This document shows, piece by piece, positions 56,899 through 64,000 of a stretch of 64,000 nt of DNA. How positions within the stretch are numbered: position 1 is the stretch's first letter; every line of letters starts with the position of its first letter. The DNA is from the human T2T-CHM13v2.0 reference genome, Homo sapiens. A program made the translations under genes and the position numbers. Location: NCBI RefSeq assembly GCF_009914755.1, contig NC_060936.1. One strand, 5' to 3'. The notes beneath the pieces were generated by a model. That model was not told where the DNA came from. It saw only the letters and a list, made by a program, of their open reading frames with translations, and did no database searches.

Positions 56899-57759
56899 AA
56901 AGGCTTATGGATTTGTAGATACTGCTAATTTAATTCAGAATACATTTTTTCTGTTCTTATTTATTAATATTATTATTTAGCCTCACTTGAGCAGTGATAT
57001 TTTTTCCAGCTCTAGAATATGGAGGAGATTCACACTAGACTCTCAATACATCAAATCCCACATCCTGCCTCCTGGTTTTTAACTTTGGACTCTGAAAGCT
57101 GACAGACAACCTATGCATCGAACTTTCTTGGTGCATGTAAGTTGTTATCAGGATGGCAAATAAAAACGCTTTCACAGTCCAGGATAATAATGTAAATTAA
57201 TGAAGCTGGTCGGCCTGAAACAGTACGGAGAGGTAGGGTTTGGGTTGAATTAAAGAGTGCTTGACCATTCTAAAGGTATTCAAATTTATGTTTTTGAAAG
57301 CTATGCTAGCTAAACATAATACATGTTTATTACCAGATTGGTAATGCTGTTTTGTAATTATAATTCCTAATCTCAAGCATAATGAGATTGAAAAACTAAT
57401 TTTTTTCATAAATCTAATTTTTGTCTTATAATTCCTTCAAAATTGTTCTGCTAATTCTGGGACTCATATGAATATTGTGAGTGAATATATATATATATAT
57501 ATTATATATATGTATATGGAAAATTTTTTTCAATGGAGCTGTATAGCACATCTGTGTGTTGTGATATAGAACAAGGAATATATGTAGGGGATTATAAGAC
57601 AATCTACGAACTGAAATCATTCAGCAAAAGCATGAAATTGGAGCTAGAGGTGATGAGGAAATATATAAGCTGCCACTCTGTCTCCAAAATTTCTGGAGAG
57701 ATCAGTAGGGATGAGGCTGTCCCACCACACGTGACATGTGATTTAACCCAATATTGTTT

Positions 57760-58015
57760 GTGATTGGTTCAAATACCAGTTCCCCCCTTACAAGTTGTGT
57801 GACCTCGGACAAGTTACTTAACTGCTGTGTGTCATGTGTCCTTATCTGTCCAGTCGGATTCATAATGGTAGCTGCTTAATAGTTCATCATTCAAAGGGAC
57901 GTTGTGAGGATTAAATGAGTCAAGGCACACAGAGCACTGAGAACAGGCACTGACACTGTAAGCCTATATAAAAAGCATCCACTGAATGATTCATTATTGT
58001 TATTACATTTTTATT
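57760..58015 (+). mobile_element. MIR
   Basis: TGTGTGACCTCGGACAAGTTACTTAAC...GTTGTGAGGATTAAATGAG. Confidence 0.85.
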
Positions 58016-59769
58016 GTTATTCAAAAGGCAGGGGAGCTCTGCTGACAGATTGTCCTTACTAATCCCTCTGTTTTCCCTGTTCCATATACTTGTTTGTTTA
58101 GAGCAATTATAATGGGTGGTACTGATCACCGTAGCTCCAATTATATCTAAATATCACTTATGGTTATGCCTTTTTCCTACAGAGAATTTCAAGGGTGTTG
58201 TTAGTGTCTTCTTTTTAAGTGACTGAAGTATGGGAACAATGCCTAACCCTAGACCCAGAGCACTGATATTCCCAAGTCTAGCATTTTTTGAAAACCTAAT
58301 GCCAAACCCAGCTGGCAGTGTCTCACACCTTGGTGTAACGTGGTAGGTCCTCAACAAACCTGTTGAATACATCATCATGGATCCACACTTCCTAGTCAAT
58401 AGAATCCTTTCTCTTGGAGATTTGATTAGAACAGTATGCTCAGTATATATCTCCTAAAAGCAGCATTGCTGGTGCCTTTAGTTTTGCTGTCTCTGGCTCT
58501 GTAGCCTCTAGACCTGATTACACCTTCTGTCAGGAAAACTTAAAAGTGCTCCCTTCAGCTAGTAACCCTTAGATGTCATGCCAACCTCTCTGCCATCTGC
58601 TTCATTTATCTCTCTTGGATACCCCAAACCACCCCCTCCCACACACATACATGCACATACGCACACTTAGGCACAACACAAACATGAAACAACAATCCAG
58701 TCCTCTTCCTTCAACCAAAACAAAACAATCCCCTTCCCTCCTGAAAACACCCTCCAATCCCCTCTGCATATCTACATGCGATAGCAGATACACGCTGACG
58801 TCATTGGCAAACCAGTTCTGCAAATGGAGAGACTCACCTGTCTCTTCAAACCCTTGGAAAAGACAGAACTCACATCCTATAGTTAGAGATAAGGTTGCCC
58901 TCCACTGGCTGCGTGCCTCTTTCTGAAACTGCTCAATCCTTTCAAATCCATTTTTAGGAGTTTAATGAAATTAGTAAAGTTCTACATGGGGTGGGAGTAT
59001 ATTTGAAGAGGCTGTGTGGAATTTGTGTCTGACTTAGCCACTCACGGCTTTGAGATTTCAGGCTGGCGGTCTAGGCTTCCTGAGCTTTGGATTTTCTCAT
59101 GGTTGAAATGGGAATAATGCACTCATTGAGCTGTGGGTGGGAAAAGAGACACAGAAATGTGCTAAGCAAATCGCTAGTGTTATTGCTGCATCCTTAGATG
59201 AAGAGTGTCCCTGCCCAGCCAGAGGCCAAGGACCACAGCAGGGCTATTGGTCAGTGGCTCACAGTTCATAAGAGTAGTTCATGAGTTGGTAACAGGGGTT
59301 AACCTTTTTATTTCTGAAGGATTTTTCCCTAACACGCTCTCTTTCTTTCTCTCTCTCTCTCTCTCAGCCCTCAAGAGCATCATTCCCACTAGACCCAAAC
59401 TCAATTACAAAAAAAGGAGACTTGACATTTTTGAAAAAGTATCAGCAACATGATATAAACGCAATTTTCAAATGTTACATAACCCTCGGGCATTAAGGAG
59501 TGATGCAACCTTACCTAATCTCTCAAATAACAAAGATAAAGCAATCACAGAATCACACAATGTTACCACCGGCAGGAATTTAAAAACCTGCCAAATTTTA
59601 AATAACAAGGAACTTTTAGAAGATTCTTAGCAAACAGACCAACGCAGCTAAGATCTTAAAGAAATTTTCTAAAATCTAAGTTATTTCTTCACACATATTT
59701 AAATGCACAGAATTCCAGGCAGCACCAAAGCATTGTTTTGAGAATAAACTAACATTAGAAAATAAACTG

Positions 59770-59945
59770 TCACTAATTAGCATATCTTGAATATTTACTG
59801 TGTGCCAGGCACCATTCCAAGTGCTTTACATGTGTTAATTCACGTAAGCCTTATAACAACTGAACACAGAATCTTGAGCAAGGTCACAGGGCTCATAAGG
59901 GGCTGAGCCAGGATTTCATCAGAGACAATCTGGATCCAGCTTGCT
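59770..59945 (-). mobile_element. MIR
   Basis: ATTTACTGTGTGCCAGGCACCATTCCAAGTGCTTTACATG...CAAGGTCACAG...GAGCCAGGATTT. Confidence 0.8.
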
Positions 59946-59989
59946 GTTTTCTAGTGCAGACAACACTACTGCTAACTAAAGAATTTGCA

Positions 59990-60440
59990 GTGTGGTGGAA
60001 ACAGCTGCTCAGTTTCCCCCTTTTTGTATAGTAACAGTATCCCGAAGTCCACTGGGGTACTGCTCAATTTTGGACTACATCCCCAGCCTGCTTTATAGTG
60101 TGCCTTTAGAGCCCTGTGTGCCTTTGACTATGTGCTGGCCAATGGGATACAAGAGAAAGTGTTGCATGAGAATCCCAGGAAAACAGTTTAAAGGGAGCTG
60201 ATCCACTAGGAGTTACCTCCTCCCTGTCCTGCTTTTCCTCCTGCAGGCTTACAACTTGTATGTGATTGTTGGGACAACCAAAAGATGACACAATCTTGCT
60301 GTTGAAGCCATGTGCTGGGATGGTGGAGTAGAAAGCTAAGAGCCCCCATATCAACTCTGGTCTGTCTACCTCCAGACTTTTAAAAAATGTCCAATAGAAG
60401 CCTTTTTTAGCCTTTTTTTGGAGATCTCCCTTGCCTATTG
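59990..60440 (+). mobile_element. Old MLT1 (I/J-like) LTR
   Basis: GACTACATCCCCAGCC, TGACTATGTGCTGGCCAATGGGAT, CTCTGGTCTGTCTACCTCCAGACTT. Confidence 0.6.
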
Positions 60441-60683
60441 TTTCCTCGTGGTCTCTCTTCTTTCTACTCAATCTCTTCATTTTTCCTTCTCTCCCATCTC
60501 CTTCCTTCTGTATCTCATCTCTCTTTCATCATCTGTGGCTCCTTTTTCATTCTTTCTTCCCCTTATTATCCACCCCAACTCTTTCTGCTCTGTCTCTGGG
60601 TTTCTCTTCCAAAAAGAGAGCAAGTATAAGAATTAAGAATGCACATGGAAGATTATGCAATTTATTTTATTTATTTACTTTAA

Positions 60684-60996
60684 TTTTTTTTTTTTTTTTT
60701 TTTTTTGAGATAGAGGCTCACTTTGTGCCCAGGCTGGAGTGCAGTAGCGTGATCCTAGCTCCCTGCAGCCTCAAACTCCTGGGCTCTAGCAATTCTGACT
60801 CAGCCTCTCAAAGAGCTAGGACTACAGGCACGTGCCATCACTCCCAGCTAATGTTTTTATTTTTATTTTTATTTTTGTAGAGACAGGGATCTCGTTATAC
60901 TTCCCAGGCTGGTATTAAACTCCTGTCCTCAAGTAATCCTCCTTCCTTGGCCTCCCAAAGTGCTGGGATTACAGGCATGAGCTACTGTACCCAGCC
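60684..60996 (-). mobile_element. AluJ, antisense
   Basis: Poly-T, CCCAGGCTGGAGTGCAGT...CTGCAGCCTCAAACTCCTGGGCTC...CCTCCCAAAGTGCTGGGATTACAGGC. Confidence 0.94.
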
Positions 60997-63900
60997 TGAT
61001 CTGTAATTTTGAATGCAAATATAGTAATTATATTTGCATGGCCGGATTATGGATGATTTCATTACTACTCTATCACTAATCATGCATTTTAATGTTATAT
61101 GTGTTTTCAATAAAATGTAATGGTAGGTTGCACATTTATAATTCTCTCTAAAAATCAGTATTAGCCAGTTTGTATCTATTTATAACATTTATTATTATTT
61201 TTTAAATACCAGGTTACCATTGATGTGTGGCCTGGAAAAGCAAACTCATTTTAGTATTAGGGCAGAGTAAATACAATTAGAAAGTTAAATCTATTCTTTT
61301 AAATCATATAAAGCATTTTAATCCCCCTAAACAAGGATTTGGGGATTGTCTTCATGTTTGTGTTCTCCATGCTGGTGAATGCCTCAACGAGGGACTTGTT
61401 TTATTGAAAATTAGCAGTTGATTTATTTAATCCTATGAATACATTACCTAAAACCACTTTTGGTTATAAGAAAAAAAAACATATACTGAGATTGAATAGC
61501 GTGACATACAATATAACTACCTGCTCTGGTAGTTCATGCAGCATGAGGAACCATTGACAAGCTAATTAAAAATTTCTAAGCATCTTCTTTCATTTACTCC
61601 ATGGACACCTCTCTTCACAGAGCCTCAAAGTATTTTTGTAGTTTGAGAAAGAGAAGTCACTTCTATGTCCTCCAGTTCTTAAAAAAATATTGTTGACCAA
61701 GGAAATATATTGCTAAAACACAGCTGAGAGTCTTGACATAGTCTTTCCTTAATGCATATTTTCATTTTTAAGGCAGTATTTAGTTCCAAATACAAAAAAA
61801 AGATATGCTTTTTCTTTTTTTTTTTTTCAGTATCAGAACAAGGATCTGAGATATGATTTTTCTTTTAATGTTGACATTATGAAGGTTCCAGTAGAGACTT
61901 TGACTGAAGCAACAGAGAAAAGGAGAATCTAATTTAAATTTCTTAAAGGGGGAACATTCCTGGCAACCAAATTAAAGTCTATCTTCATTTCTAAAATTTC
62001 TGAAGTTTGGGCATATAGTACTCCAGCACTGAATACCTTGGGAAATTTGCATGAATTCCGGTAGTCTTGTGCATGTGTATGTATTAAATCATTCTTCAAT
62101 GTGAACTTGCTAGTTTAACAGGTAAATGAAACATTTTCCTTGGTATTTAGCGTTCTTCAAGCTACCTGTGCTCTCAGGAGTGGCCTGTCAGGTGTTGCAG
62201 CTTCATTAGGTCTCAAGATTTCAGCTGTTCTCTTTTAACCTTTTCATGCCACCCGAGTTTTCTCAGAATGTTTTGTTTTGCTATCAATGGCAAGGCTGGC
62301 CATTTTGCTTTGGGAGAAAGCATAACCTGTGGTTTAAAGTCAGCTATCAAGAAATGTGATAATTAAGTTATGTTCTGTGAATTATAAATTGTGTCGTGTC
62401 ATCTAGGTAGTTCGGATTTTTGTTGTTTGCTCCTGTAGTAAATCTCTCTCTTTTCCTTTTTCTCTCCCTTTCTCTTACAACATTAAAAGCCAGTTCAATG
62501 ATTTCCTTATCTAAGGAGAACAGCTGTTTCCTGGGGGTTGAATCTAGTCTTTCCTTTCTAAATCAATGTCTGTCAGAGGGAGACAGAGATATGTGTATGA
62601 CTTACAGGATTTGTCTTCATAATGATGAATGCTTAGTTAGAACATTGATTATAAAAATAGAATCTAGACTTTGAAAAGCAATTTAAAGCTCCGGTATCGG
62701 TCTGTTACAATCATTAAAAGCTAATAAGTGTATTTCTTTGGTTTCCTTAATCTTTCTGCAGTATAACAACAGTGTTAATGTGGAAAAGATTACATTTAGT
62801 GTATGACAAACATTTTGTTTATTAGTCCCCAACTACTTAGCTTACTATTTAAATGCAGTCTATGGTAAGTCTTCTTCTTAACTAACAAACGTGGAAAATA
62901 ATCCAGGCTCAGGCAGAATCGAAAGAATATTTATGTGTTCTATACTTGAAGATATGTTAAGTGTGATTAAAGTTTTAAATTGTTACAGGAACATTTGTTT
63001 TCCAAAGAGATCAAAGTTGGGCTTTATGCACACATCTTACCGCAGTTGCAGTTTATAATTATTTATCAAATGTCTGACAAGGCTAATGAGCTTTGTTTAC
63101 ATTTTCCAGCCCTCTTGCTAGAATTACAGTTTATTTTTTCCACTTTTGAAGGCTACAAATATGCATAAAATCACAACTGGCAGAATTTTCTCAAATAGGG
63201 GGAGTTTGTCATACAGCAAATAGCTTCACAAAACACCTGAAGCTTAAGTTTGAAGTATCTAAAATTCAAAAATCTCCTGTAATTATAGTTTGAATTTTCA
63301 AAGAAGCATAAGTTTTTAGATCTGGGAGGTTGTTATAGAGATTATCTCATCCAATCCCTATTTATTTTGTCAAAAGACAATATTGCAGAAAAAATTCCAC
63401 TGGGAATTTACTCCTAATAGAGCATTGACTTACAAACGGGAGGTACTAATGAAGGGGGGCCTCTCACTATATAGTCATATAGATGTTATATACCCAAATG
63501 TCTGACCCCAAGAAACAGAAAATGTAAACTAGTTTCAATGACGGCTTCTGTGATTGGAAAGTCTAAGAGTGTGTCAGTCAGTTTCAGGGTTAGTTTGATT
63601 TGACTTCATTCATGTCATAAAGGTCTTTCTTTCTTTTCCATCTTTCTATATTGTTAGCTTCTTCTTAAGGCTTATTTCTCATATGGTCGCAGGATGCATT
63701 GGCAGTATTAGGAGTTTATGTATCATATCTGATTGAAGAGAAAATCCTGGCTCTCTCAGAAGGATAGATCACCTTCTTCCCCAGAAGCTTCCAGAAAACT
63801 GTCTCCCATGCTTCATTTGGACCAATACCTCTGGCTGGAATCACTGCATAGGTTGAATTCCTCAAGCGTGAGTTTATCTGACAAGTAGGCAGGGAGATGG

Positions 63901-64000
63901 GTTAAACCATAAGCTTAACAATGGGTTCAATGGTGAGTCCATGTCCTAGGGATCTGTGAAAGTTTAAATTTAAGAGTGATGACTTAGGATATCTGGCATA

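Overview
This is repeat-rich, AT-rich, CpG-depleted primate genomic DNA, almost certainly human given a CpG-intact AluYa-like insertion. It is intergenic or intronic. I find no credible protein-coding exon, RNA gene, CpG island or CRISPR-like array, and I cannot name the locus. The supplied ORFs are explained by Alu sequence, simple repeats, chance, or decayed Tigger1 and L3/CR1 coding remnants. The window holds 17 Alus, a near full-length Tigger1 nested in MER58A, many solo LTRs (THE1B, THE1D, MLT1, MLT2, MER41A, MER39-like, LTR41-like), hAT MITEs (MER1A, MER20, MER53, MER81), and L1, L2, L3 and MIR fragments. I did not find a new biological system. The best second-look items are: a very young 5'-truncated AluYa-like insertion with a perfect 16-bp TSD; a compound pentanucleotide ladder (ATTCT)8(ACTCT)9(ACTCC)(ATCCC)11; an apparent ~1.3-kb inversion splitting one L3/CR1 reverse-transcriptase fossil; a miR-1302-like MER53 hairpin; a perfect inverted double octamer; and several candidate enhancer motif clusters. 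Repeat subfamily names are from recalled consensus sequences, not from a search, and boundaries of old repeats are approximate.
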